Shown here: positions 53,087-64,000 of the stretch, piece after piece
How positions within the stretch are numbered: the first letter of the stretch is position 1
Layout of the letters: every line of letters begins with the position of its first letter
Assembly (NCBI GenBank): GCA_964016885.1
Contig: OZ024755.1
Coordinates: 36,890,001-36,954,000 of the forward strand
Reading direction: 5' to 3'
Source of the DNA: Eledone cirrhosa
Taxonomy: Eukaryota
Length of the DNA: 64,000 nt
Made by a program: the position numbers and the translations under genes
The notes under the pieces: generated by a model
What the model was told of the DNA's origin: nothing
The model's database searches: none
The model's input: the letters and a program-made list of their open reading frames with translations, nothing else

Positions 53087-53273
53087 GGCGGTGGATTGGC
53101 AGTATCGGTAGAGGGTCGGACGCCATGCTTTCCAGCATAGTTACGTCCCTTTACGATCTGAGTTCAAATCCCGTCGAGGTTGACTTTGCCTTTCATCCTT
53201 ACGGGGTCGATAAAATAAAGTACCAGTAATGTACTGGGTAATTGCTGGCCTTGTGCCTAAAGTAGAAACAATT
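53087..53273 (+). mobile_element. SINE family A with 18-bp TSD attatttcagcttgaagg
   Basis: Full copy; TSD at 53069 and 53271. Confidence 0.92.
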
Positions 53274-54291
53274 ATTTCAGCTTGAAGGAAACGGTCTTTA
53301 TGTTCCATATTATAGATGATGTTTTTCAGTACTTCCTATTATTGCCAATTATACCTGATTATTGCTCAATTTCTTAATTCACATTTATGATACTCCAAAC
53401 GAAAAAAACTTACGAGTTATTATGTTTTATGTTATTTTTGTTACGGCCCTTTATGGTCTGAGTTCAAATCCCGCTGAGGTTAACTTTGCCTTTCATCCTT
53501 ACGGGGTTGATAAAATAAAGTACCAGTAATGCACTGGGATAATTGCTGGCCTTGTGCCAAAAGTAGAAACAATTATTTAAATAGGACAGTCGATTTGCAG
53601 TATCAATAGAATGTTACATTTATCAAAAGAAATTGAAATTATTGTTAAAAAATATTTAAAATTAATTTCTAATGAAAATTAAATTATACTTGAGTTACAA
53701 ATTTCCCCAATTAAGCCAAACTCATTATCTTCAATTTAGTTTACGTGCCAACCTTGGTTACCTATGGTCACGAATCTCGGTTACGAATCTATAAAATAAA
53801 GTACGAATAATAAACTGAGATAATTGCTGGCCTTGTGCCAAAAGTAGAAACAATTATCATTGTTCGAGTTTGTGTTATTTTCTTTTAATTATAGATATTT
53901 TGTGGGTTATATTTCGATATTGGTACATTGAAAGTAGAAAGAAAGTGTCTTAATTTAGTTTCATCTATAGATTGAATTCACGAATTAGTGTAAGTACTAC
54001 ACTTCAGTATTCTGCATTGAAATTGTGCCAGTGGAGATCTATTATTTGTTTTATTTAAAATTCCTATTTCTGGAAATGTTAATACATTCCTGAAGAAAAC
54101 CTGCGATAGTTTCAGGATTGGTATTTTTTGTTATAAACATGGAAGTATTTTATTTAGTTCTTAATTTCAAAGCAATCGTGATTATCCCCGCTACCATAAT
54201 TTTCTTTTCATTTCACCAGGTTAATTCTAATCCATACCTTCGAGATTGCATCGATATAAAATCTCATAAACAATTATGCATTATTAATAAA

Positions 54292-57200
54292 CTAGCAGAG
54301 GTACCCGGCGTTGCCCTGTATAACTCTCAATGGAGTAGTCGTTCAAATGAACCGAAAGACTTCCGTTAAACACGACTATAGAAGTAACAATTTATAGGTG
54401 TTGGCCCTAAAGAAGGCCTTTGAACGTTCACTTTGAAATATCTCTGCGGCGGTGCTACCAGCAAAGATGGATCCGATGGTAACAATTTAAAGTTGGTGGC
54501 CCTAAAGAGGGCCTTGGATCGCTCACTCTTAAAAGTCCCAGTGGCAGAGCTGTCAGCAAAGACGACTCCGATTAGAGGTGGTGGCTCTTAAGAAGTCCTT
54601 CACACCACTTTGGTGTGTCGTATTTGCTTTGCTTGTTATTTGAGATTGTAACCTAGAAAAGCATGTAACAGTCGGTGGCCACAAAAACTGCCTTGGCAAG
54701 ATCACGCTGGAATGTCAAAAGAATGTAGGGAAAAGTAGATTAATTAGGTTAAAACAACGAAACATCGATAGCAAAGCGTAATAGCAACATATAAATGCGA
54801 AAAACGGAGACATTGAACATTTATAACGTATAGCAAAAGCAACCTCAGAGGCGTACGTGGTATTGTCAAAAGGACAAAAATAGCACACGGACACAGGAAA
54901 TGTAAGCACTTATACAAAAAATAAAAAATAAAAACAGCGATTACTTGTTGGCGGATGGGGTGCCTACAAAACTTCCTTATAGACTATATTTTGGGTTTTC
55001 TTGAGAGTTGCAAAAGCAAATAGGTTATGTCGGCTCCCCACTCGAGAGCAGCCAACATATGGGAGAAGCACGGTCCTTCTAAATTAAGCCCTATGACCGT
55101 CAGCGTCTGACCCTGTGATTTGTTAATCGACGTGGCGAAACTGAGCCGGAGAGGGAATTGCAGCCTTCTGAATGTGAAAGGAACGTCTTTACCGGATGGA
55201 ATGAGAGGTATCCTTGGTATGAAGACAGTATCCCCCTTACCGCATCCTGTAAGTATTGTTGCCTCAATAACATGAGGTATCACCTTTTGGACGACCAGAC
55301 GCGTGCCGTTGGAAAGGCTTCGGAGTTCCAAATTCCTGAGGAGAATGACAGGGGCGCCTTTCTTAAGTCGCAGTAAGTGTGGTGGCAATCCGGGAGGGTC
55401 TAGGAAGTTAAGAAATTCTGTGGGGTAATTAACAACTTCGTCCAGATCAGCCATAGAGTAAAGGGACTTGTAGACGTGCAGATTTCCAGGCAAGCACAGC
55501 ATGAGCTGTTCATGGTGTTTCCAACTATGTGGTTTTTTCGAAGCCAATATTGCACGTTCACACAACCACTCTTGATTTGTGTAGTTCTCCTCAAGATTAG
55601 GAAAAACAGACGTCCGTAACTCAGCAATTAACTTAACGCATCTGCACATCCCTGTGAGGTCCGCTGCACCATCTCCGTCGAGTGGGACTTTGCCATCTCC
55701 CAACGACAAAATGGCAGCAGCAAAACCCGCTGATGTCTCATCACCTTGCAGTTGTGCTCTCATGTTTGTTGTAAGCGTCAGCTTTCTTACATAACGCCAA
55801 AGTGGGAAGGCCTTAAGACATACACCAACCTCATCAGCCCGCGTACCTTTTAGGATTACAGGCAGAGTCTGTCGAAAGTCCCCAGATAACAGGAAAATGA
55901 CACCTCCCATTAGTTCTTGACAGTCCCTGATGTCTCTGAGTGACCGATCTAATGCCTCGAAAGCCGCCCTGTGGGCCATTGTGCATTCGTCCCAAACAAT
56001 TAGTAGGCAGCGCTTTAACACCAGCGCTTTTCCGGAAGACTTGCTGATGTTGCACGTGGGTGTCTCAGATGATGCCATGTTGAGAGGAAGACTGAAGGCA
56101 GAATGAGCCGTCCTGCCACCAGGAAGCAAAGTTGCTGCAATGCCGGAAGAAGCCACGGCCAATGCGATGTTTCCGTGTTGCCTCACTGCAGCGAGTGAAA
56201 GTTTGATTAAAAATGTTTTTCCCGTGCCTCCAGGTGCGTCTAGGAAGAATATACCCCCTCCCCGATTACGGATGGAATCAACGACAATGTAGGCTTGTTT
56301 TTGATCCATTAGAAGTTTTGGTTCATTTTCTTTAACATACCTTTTGAGTTCGCCGACATCATATGAAGCCACCCTGTCTTCAATATCGATCAGAGCTCTG
56401 TTATATATAGCTCTGAAAAGCCGACATCTAAATTTGGAGATCGCAATTGAGCGAGACGCCTATATTCGTCTGCGAAATCACCTTTAAACTTTTGCCATAA
56501 AGAGTAAGGATCGCTCAATTCACAGTCGTGCAAGAGGATAACAAACAATGCCCATAGACTACGGGATGATTGTGAGATGGCAGCTTCCGTCAAGGTTGCA
56601 TCCCATTGTGCATCATCTTCTTTAGAAGATGATGCACAACAGTTCTCAGATGAGTGAAGCTAGTCGGCCCTCTTACCTCATGAAGCAGAAGTCGCAGGTA
56701 GAAGCATTCGTGTTGGGTAGGGTGGACCATATAAACTCGCCCAAGGCAATTGTCGAATTTGATGCCTGGATCTCCAACCACCTTTTGCCCTACCTTCATT
56801 CGTAGCCATTTTGTCCGGTTCCATGTATAGTAAGACGGTATTTCAGAATACAGCAGAGTTTGAGCGAAGTCGTCGTGTTGACAAAGTTTGAAAAAGCGGT
56901 GAGTGTAGTTTCCTTTGGTGAGATCGCTAGCTGAGCAGCTGTTGCATCGTTGAAATACACCCGTTGACCGTTTTCAAGGTGAACGGCAAGTTGTTTAATG
57001 ACGGGGTGTCGTTGGTACAGTGGGTAGCCAAAAATGCGCCAAAATGCTTCATTGCTGCTAATGTATTGGCCTGCTTGATAGTCAGATACCTAGTCTCTAC
57101 TGTTTTCATGAGGAAGACCAAAGACGGCAGCATCCGATGCCTTGTTTAAGTACTTACAAACGTATTTAATTGATTTTACTGAGTTGCAAAATTCGACGTT

Positions 57201-60200
57201 TATATGGGCGTTGAATGCTTTCAAGAGGAGGGGGAAATATGGCACTATCCAGCTGTTGTCGATTTCGCGTTCACCAACTTTTGCTGTGAACCCACCGTCT
57301 TCAGGTCTCCTGCACCTATACAACAGATATCCGTCACCGCCAGGTCTGTGTTTTCTGTAAAAACGACCTGGGATATCGTTTTGTACACTTTCCGTCGTGT
57401 ATGCATGGGGACTTCATATTGAGTCCATGTCCGCAAGGACCATGGACCATGTTTGATGTGACTATAGAGAAGAAGTCCTTGTCAATCGACGGATCAGGTA
57501 GTTCGACAGAAATGAATTTGTCGATGTAGTTTGAACTGATTTTTGTAACCAACCAAATCAAGATATGGGCATGCGGCAGCCCTCGTTTCTGCCATTCAAC
57601 CGTGTACATGTCGCACCTGACAGGCCCCAAAACCTGTCCTTTCTTTAATAAATCCATTAATTTGGATAATTTCAGGCGAAACACTCTTGCTATGAGATCG
57701 TGCCTGTGTCTTGGCGCTTGACCGTGGAACAGTTCATTTGTAATCTCCTTCCACTTGGGATTGCATGTAAACGTTATGAAAAGGTCGGGGCGCCCATAAT
57801 ATCGTACGTAGGTCATGGCGTCCTGAGTCCTCTCGTGCATGTATTGGGGTCCCCCTGTGAACGTTGAAGGCAAAATACACACTTGCCCTAAATTGTCTGG
57901 GGATACGTCATTGTTAATTCCATCGCGTAGATGAATGTAGCATTCAGATCGAAGTTCCTTTTGATTTAATTTAATGAACCATAATCTCTCGGACTCCATT
58001 TTAACGGCCCTATGAACAGCAAATTGTTGGAAAAGGTCCCGAAAACGGTGTAGATGGTTGAATGAATTGTCCCGTACCATAAATCGGAAAGCGTAGAAAT
58101 CCATGCAGGTGAATGTTTTGCTAAGATGTGCCTCACCATTGCCTGCTGAATGTTGAGGAATGCCGAAATGGTTACCGCCCTCACAGTTGATAAATAGCAA
58201 TGGATACTGGAGTACATCGTAGGACCTGTGTGTCTCATTGATACGCTGTAATGTGCTGTCTCGGTGCTTTAGAATGATATCTCTCTTGTTGTGCTGTTCA
58301 CCACAAATAAGCGCAGCAATCTCATTACATGTTGGTGCGTTGAACCGACCAGCGTGTTCTCCAGATGGCCTTCGGTCAGTATGTATGACCACACAAAAGT
58401 TTAGGTCGGTGGCTGTTTCCAAAGCGTACTTGAAACTGCGAACATAGTTGTTTTTGTCCTGAAGGATTTCTTGAAATTTTATTATGGTTTCAATGTTAGT
58501 TTCGGACGAAATAGAGTTTCGCATCTCTGCCGGCTCCTGATAGTTTCCAACGAAGTATAACTGAAGAAATTGAGGATCCTTTTCTGCCAGAGGCTGAATA
58601 GTCTCAATCAAGTGGTACATCTGCCCCTGTACCTTGAAAGTTGGCATGAACCCACGTCGTTCCAAGGCAAGCTTTGCTCCGAAGGGTGTCATCTGAAACG
58701 CGGAATTGTAGCGGCGGATATTACGCAGAAACTTCGATGATTCTTCCGCCATGTCTGTCAAAAGGAGTTGCAATGTCTCTGGAGCGTCGTGAATAGGAGG
58801 TAGTCTAACTTTACCGTTTGAACAGCATATTCCATCTCTCTCCCCTGGCCACTTTTTCGTACGACAAAACTGGCAAGTAGAGGTCATTTCCCCAATTTGA
58901 ATATCTGCATGGACGGCGTAGTCGGAGGAGGGGTCGTAGTTAAAGGACTTCAACAACCATCGTGAATTGTAAGTCCTAGAAATGCCACGTAACGATGATC
59001 GCCGCTCTTCTCTTTGCAGAAGTCGGCTACGTCGTTGCTCTATGGTTTCAGTATTTCGTGCAGCAGCAGAGGCAGCGGCGTCCCTGCTTCGTCGAACGGC
59101 GCGTCGTCCTTCATCCTCTCGAGCGCAAGCAGTGAACGTTGGAGAGGCGTCCCTGTTTCGTCGAACGGGGCGTCGCCCTTCATCCTCTCGAGTGCAAGCA
59201 GTGAACGTTGGAGCGGCGTTGTTTTTAGAAAATTAACCAGGAAGAACGATAAGAAGTTGAAATGCTTTGTTGCGACCATAATATGAACTTTAAAAGTGGT
59301 CCAAAGGGGCTCACTGCGATCCCTAGGGGATTCTCTTGCAAAATTCAAGTGATAACGAATGTGTGGTGTTTTATCTTATGGCAGTTTTTGTAAGAATCAA
59401 GTATAAACTCCCGAGGTTATGGTGCTTTTTTATTGTGGCAGTTTGAACTTTTATAGGTTAATGAATTGGGCTCATTGTCTCCGAGGGGGTCCTCTTGCTG
59501 AATTGAAATGAAAGTAAATGTGCCTCATTGTATCTTCATCTATAGTACATGAATAACAACTAAGTCGAAATTCATTTTATTGGACTACCAATTATCGAAG
59601 CTATGACGCTTTGCTGAATTACAATAGCCAAATTCAATAAATGACTCGTCGGGGTTTACTGCCCCTGGGGTCCCCTTGCTTGTTCCGGGTATAGACAGTG
59701 TCTTCAACATCATCTTTAGGTAATGGGTAACCAATGTGTCCGGTAAAGTTAAAATCGAAGGTAAACTTCAAAAGTTATCAGGTACTAATACAGTGTTAAT
59801 ATGAACTTCAATAGATAAGTCGAAGGGCTTACTAAAGGGGTCCCCTTGATAAGTTCAAGTAAAAGTTCATGTGTTCACCTTCCTTTATAAGCCATGGGCA
59901 ACCAATACGTCTCGCTTCGTGAAAACCAAACACCAACTCAAGCAGTTATGACGTTTTGTTGCATTGATGATATTAACTTCAACATTCATCAAGGGGTCCC
60001 CTACCTGAATTTCTGCGCAAGTGCATGCCTGCAAATTTATTTGTGGGCCATAAGCAAACAAAAGATTAATTTTGGTGAAGATGGGAGGCAAACTGCAGGA
60101 ATTATGGGGCCTTTATGCAGTAGTACTGCTGACTCCAAGAGAGAGGCTTAAGGGGGTTATCTGCCTCGGGTAGGGGGGGGGGCAAATCGGTGTAGGGGAA

Positions 60201-60319
60201 AATAAAATAGCTTACGACGCGTAATAGGACTTCAGAAACCAAATCGGTTGTAAAATGTAGAAATGCATGCGGTTACACAGAGACAGACAGACATACATCT
60301 TCTGTTTTATATATATAGG
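54292..60319 (-). mobile_element. Helitron, near full length, inactive
   Basis: Minus 5' end cctatatatataaaacagaag; 3' end gggcaacgccgggtacc hairpin + CTAG; inserted at A|T; Rep/helicase ORF inside. Confidence 0.92.
54984..59280 (-). pseudogene. Helitron Rep/Pif1-like helicase, multiply frameshifted
   Basis: C..C...KWPGE....CC..GK; PDLFITFTCNPKW; VEWQKRGLPHAHIL (HUH); KYVCKY; LDAPGGTGKT; WDECTM; GDFRQTLPV; INKSQGQTL; spread over at least 6 ORF pieces. Confidence 0.93.
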
Positions 60320-61100
60320 TTTATTTATGAAGAAACAAAGTTGAGAGTGATGGCTGTAAAATGAGGTTAGCTGATCAAAATAGGTTTTATTTAATGTATT
60401 TTAACTGATTTCTCACAAATTCGGGGCGGCATTGAGATTCAATAAAAATAAAATTTTTGAACCTCTTCAAAGTCATTTTCCATTCTCATTCCTCTTAACT
60501 GTTTTTGAATTTTTATGTTGTGAACATCAAAGATCGAGAATTCGAAATAAAAAAAAAATGAAATTATTTTCAGAAAAATTGAATTTGATTTTGATTTTAT
60601 TTCTAAATCAGAAGATGTACAGCTGAAGTAGTAATTTTTATAATAAAATGTATTTTCTGTGCATTTGAACAGTATACATACTCTCTTTAGTATTTAAAAG
60701 GACTTTTAATTGTTTCTATTTGAGAGTGACAGTTGTTGAAATTTCTGAGAATGCTAAATGATTCAACTTTTGAATGCTAACGAAATATACATAAATACGA
60801 AAACAATTGCTGATTGAAAACTAAATAAAAATATATAATAAAAAAATATAGTGTGGTTTTAAAAAACCGATGCAAAAATGAATTAAAAAAAAAAAATTCA
60901 AAACTTTGTTTTCAAAGCTTGGCTCCTACTCTCAACAATTCTAATGGGAATAGATGGCCGTGAGTTTGACATTGTTTTAGAGGTGGGTGGAGGGAATTAT
61001 ACTTCTATTCCGCAGGAATAAAATGAAAAAATACCAGAAAATTCAAATTTTGAATCCCTCTAAACAATATGGCCCTTTAAATATTGTAACACATTCACAT

Positions 61101-61650
61101 ATTGGCAGTATCGGTAGAGTGTCGGACGCCATGCTTTCCAGCATAGAGTTACGGCCCTTGCCATTCTGAGTTCAAATCCCGCCGAGGTTGACTTTGCCTT
61201 TCATCCTTACGGGGTCGATAAAATAAAGTACCAGTAATGCACTGGCGTAATTGCTGGCCCTGTGCCAAAAGTAGAAACAATTATTATTCCGTAGATTGGC
61301 AGTATCGGTAGAGCGTCGGACACCATGCATCGAGGCATAGAGTTACGACCCTTTACGTTCTGAATTCAAACCCCACCGAGGTTAGCTTTGCCTTTCATCC
61401 TTACCAGGTCGATAAAATAAAGTACCAGTAATGCATTGGGGCCGATTTAATCGACTCCCCCCCCCCGCCCCTATCAATTGCTGGCCTTGTGCCTAAATCA
61501 GAAACTATTATTATCATCATAGTGGTAGTGGATTGGTAGTATCAGTAGAGGGTCAGACACATGCTTTGCAGTATAGAGTTACAGCCCTTTACGTTCTGAG
61601 TTCAAAACCCGCAGAGGTTAGCTTTGCTTTTCGTCCTTACGGGGTCGATG
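61101..61650 (+). mobile_element. three adjacent SINE A copies
   Basis: Starts at ~61101, 61291, 61527. Confidence 0.85.
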
Positions 61651-61654
61651 AACT

Positions 61655-61893
61655 AAACGTATAAGTCGAAGGGGCTTACTACCGAAGGGGCTTGCATGCA
61701 CTCCTGGAAGGATTCTTCCGGGATCCTCCGCATAATAAAATTATGAAGAAAAAAGTTTGATCGCTGCAGAGAGCTAAGATTACAGTTACATACTCCAGGG
61801 GGATTACTTTGAAGGAGAAAACTCTCAGTGTGAAGTTTGGGTTTGAAATAAATCTTTTGTGACATTAGTCCTGGAACTTTTCTGACACACCTC

Positions 61894-61897
<4 letters not shown>
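61655..61897 (-). mobile_element. mariner deletion derivative
   Basis: Minus TA-cgaggtgtgtcagaaaagttccaggact TIR-like end; IPEESFQECMQ remnant. Confidence 0.6.
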
Positions 61898-61928
<31 letters not shown>

Positions 61929-61968
61929 AATCGACTTTTAATTTAATGCTATATATATATGTGTGTGT

Positions 61969-62021
<53 letters not shown>

Positions 62022-62023
<2 letters not shown>

Positions 62024-62147
62024 CGAAGGAAATGTGGTAAGGAACCAGGTGGACCATAACGCACCAAAGTACTCAATACTTAGGGTAGTAGAGTGGGTAA
62101 TAGGAACGAGTAGGACCCCGACGGCTGAGCTCAAGCTAATTCTGGAC
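62022..62147 (-). mobile_element. third, half copy of the 5179 cassette, ending at the hairpin apex
   Basis: Same body, 12-nt deletion, stops at aattctggac then (TA)n. Confidence 0.75.
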
Positions 62148-62189
<42 letters not shown>

Positions 62190-62206
62190 GTGTGCGTTGT
62201 GTGTGT

Positions 62207-62266
<60 letters not shown>

Positions 62267-62347
62267 GTTATTCCGGGTTGAATCGGAGGTAACCACAGTA
62301 AGTAAGGTACTCAATACATTGCAGAGTATAAAAGTATTAATATAGAT

Positions 62348-62400
62348 GAGATTCTACAGGACTAGAACTGTTTCATTCTTTAGAAATCATCAGGAATCTC
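62348..62400 (-). ncRNA. type I hammerhead in fold-back cassette 62265-62470
   Basis: Minus: gagattc-CTGATGA-t ttc taaa gaa t-GAAA-cag ttctagtc ctg-TA-gaatctc; plus arm 62405-62455 has CTGTTGA. Confidence 0.85.
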
Positions 62401-62491
62401 ATATGATTCCTGTTGATTTCTAAAGAATGAAACAGTTCTAGTCCTGTAGAATCTCATCTATATTAAAACTATATATATATATATATATATA

Positions 62492-62571
<80 letters not shown>

Positions 62572-63401
62572 ATAAGCATGTTAACTGCGTATGGTAATGT
62601 GTAAGTGGAGCTGTACATTAAGGAGTGTTTAAACAAATATTCTGCAAGTTATACCTCAGACCTAATTAAGGCTTCCGGATCGATATGTTGTTTTGAAAAT
62701 AACTCTAATTGCATGTGTATTTAGAAAACAGTTTTAAAAAGAAATTGCTCTTGATATCAATATATTTCTTTATCAACCACTTTTCGAAATCGATTATAAT
62801 TTACACAACGAACAGATGGTCATCCCGCTAACCATTTCAATATGTTATTTTCTGAATGTAGCAATGTATTTGAACATAATATTTAAAGTATAATGATACA
62901 AACACAGCTTTTTCAACACATCATGAATCGATTGTAATCATTAAATCCGTATAGAACATATACCAATTAATTTAGAGGAGTATTTATTTCGGGAATAGTA
63001 TAGATCAACATCTTCAAGTGACTGACAGTTACATCTTTAAGCTCTGATATATATTGAACACTTCTCGCTATAAGTATGAGTATTTCTGTAGAATACAGTG
63101 GTTTATAGAGATTCACAGAGTTTAATATTTTATATTAGTACATGTAGTGCTGATAGATATCAGGGTGAAACATCGGGGTGTATGAATAGAGAACTTATTT
63201 GGCGTACACATATTAGATGAAACAAAAGTCTACCCAATCTTTCCCCCACTATATAGACTATATATTTCCAGCGCATCTCCCTTGCCGTCCTCCGGGGAAT
63301 CCCCTTCTCCATTCTGTACGCCGGGGCTGTGGGGGAGACAAGCCGATTACATAACGAATTCTGTTGAATAGTCTTAAACACGTACACTTACATTTGTATA
63401 T

Positions 63402-63438
<37 letters not shown>

Positions 63439-63649
63439 CGTTTCTACTTTAGGCACAAGGCCAGCAATTACCCAGTGCATTACTGGTACTTTATTTTATC
63501 GACCCCGTAAGGATGAAAGGCAAAGTCAACCTCGGCGGGATTTGAACTCAGATCGTAAAGATACGTAACTATGCTGGAAAGCATGGCGTCCGACCCTCTA
63601 CCGATACTGCCAATCCACCGCCCTAAATATATATATATAGAGAGATTTC

Positions 63650-64000
63650 TATTTATTTGCCACGAGGGCACAAAAGAAGGGGACAAATACACAGTGGGGG
63701 AGTTTACATAAATCGAGTAAAGAAAAAAAGGAATAACAATAATAATATAATAATAAAAAGTCCTCAAAAGGGAGGGGGCGTGTTGGGGATTGCACATACC
63801 CCCGAAAAGTGTGCAACCCTTTTCGCGGGGGAAGCCCAGAGAGGAGGCGCTCCCCCTTTCCTCTTCACTTCTTCACCTACAGAACAATGTAGAGAGAAGG
63901 CCCATTTACACGAGCCATTCTCGCTTCTTTCACCCACCTTTCATAAAACTGTCTGGGGCCAAGCACTTCTCTCTCCATCCTGATCTCCATCCAGATATAT
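63650..64000 (-). mobile_element. L1/Tx1-like LINE 3' end (runs off window)
   Basis: Minus: IRMEREVL....FYERWVKEARMARVNG..L...L* then 3' UTR ending aaataaatagaaa. Confidence 0.55.

Noticed and set aside
63160-63387. 75-aa GC-richer ORF as a host exon
   Set aside because: No clear splice sites or motif; more likely a LINE fragment

Overview
AT-rich eukaryotic DNA, almost entirely repeats. The SINE families, (TA)n/(CA)n/(ACAT)n microsatellites and LINE mix look like an octopod cephalopod genome (inference). No host gene is confidently identifiable; there are only two weak exon-like clusters on the minus strand. Recognisable elements: a near-full-length but frameshifted Helitron (54.3-60.3 kb, minus), 5'-truncated CRE-, R4/Dong-, RTE- and Tx1-like LINE fragments, two tRNA-derived SINE families in many copies, Tc1/mariner and hAT MITEs, and several minisatellites built from transposon pieces. 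The main unexplained structure is a dense set of short (0.15-2 kb) cassettes lying in (TA)n tracts. Many are fold-backs (inverted repeats), and most carry a type-I hammerhead ribozyme fold: stem I - CUGANGA - stem II - GAAA - stem III (often palindromic) - NUH - stem I. I folded about 18 of these by eye, from many unrelated sequence families. They include a U3-A8 compensatory core, a CCGANGA core and forms with very long stem II. Two cassettes still carry the C-terminus of a Penelope-type GIY-YIG endonuclease, which ties the set to Penelope-like retroelements (PLEs). Inversion breakpoints repeatedly fall at ribozyme stems. All folds and family assignments were made by eye, and coordinates are approximate to a few bases.
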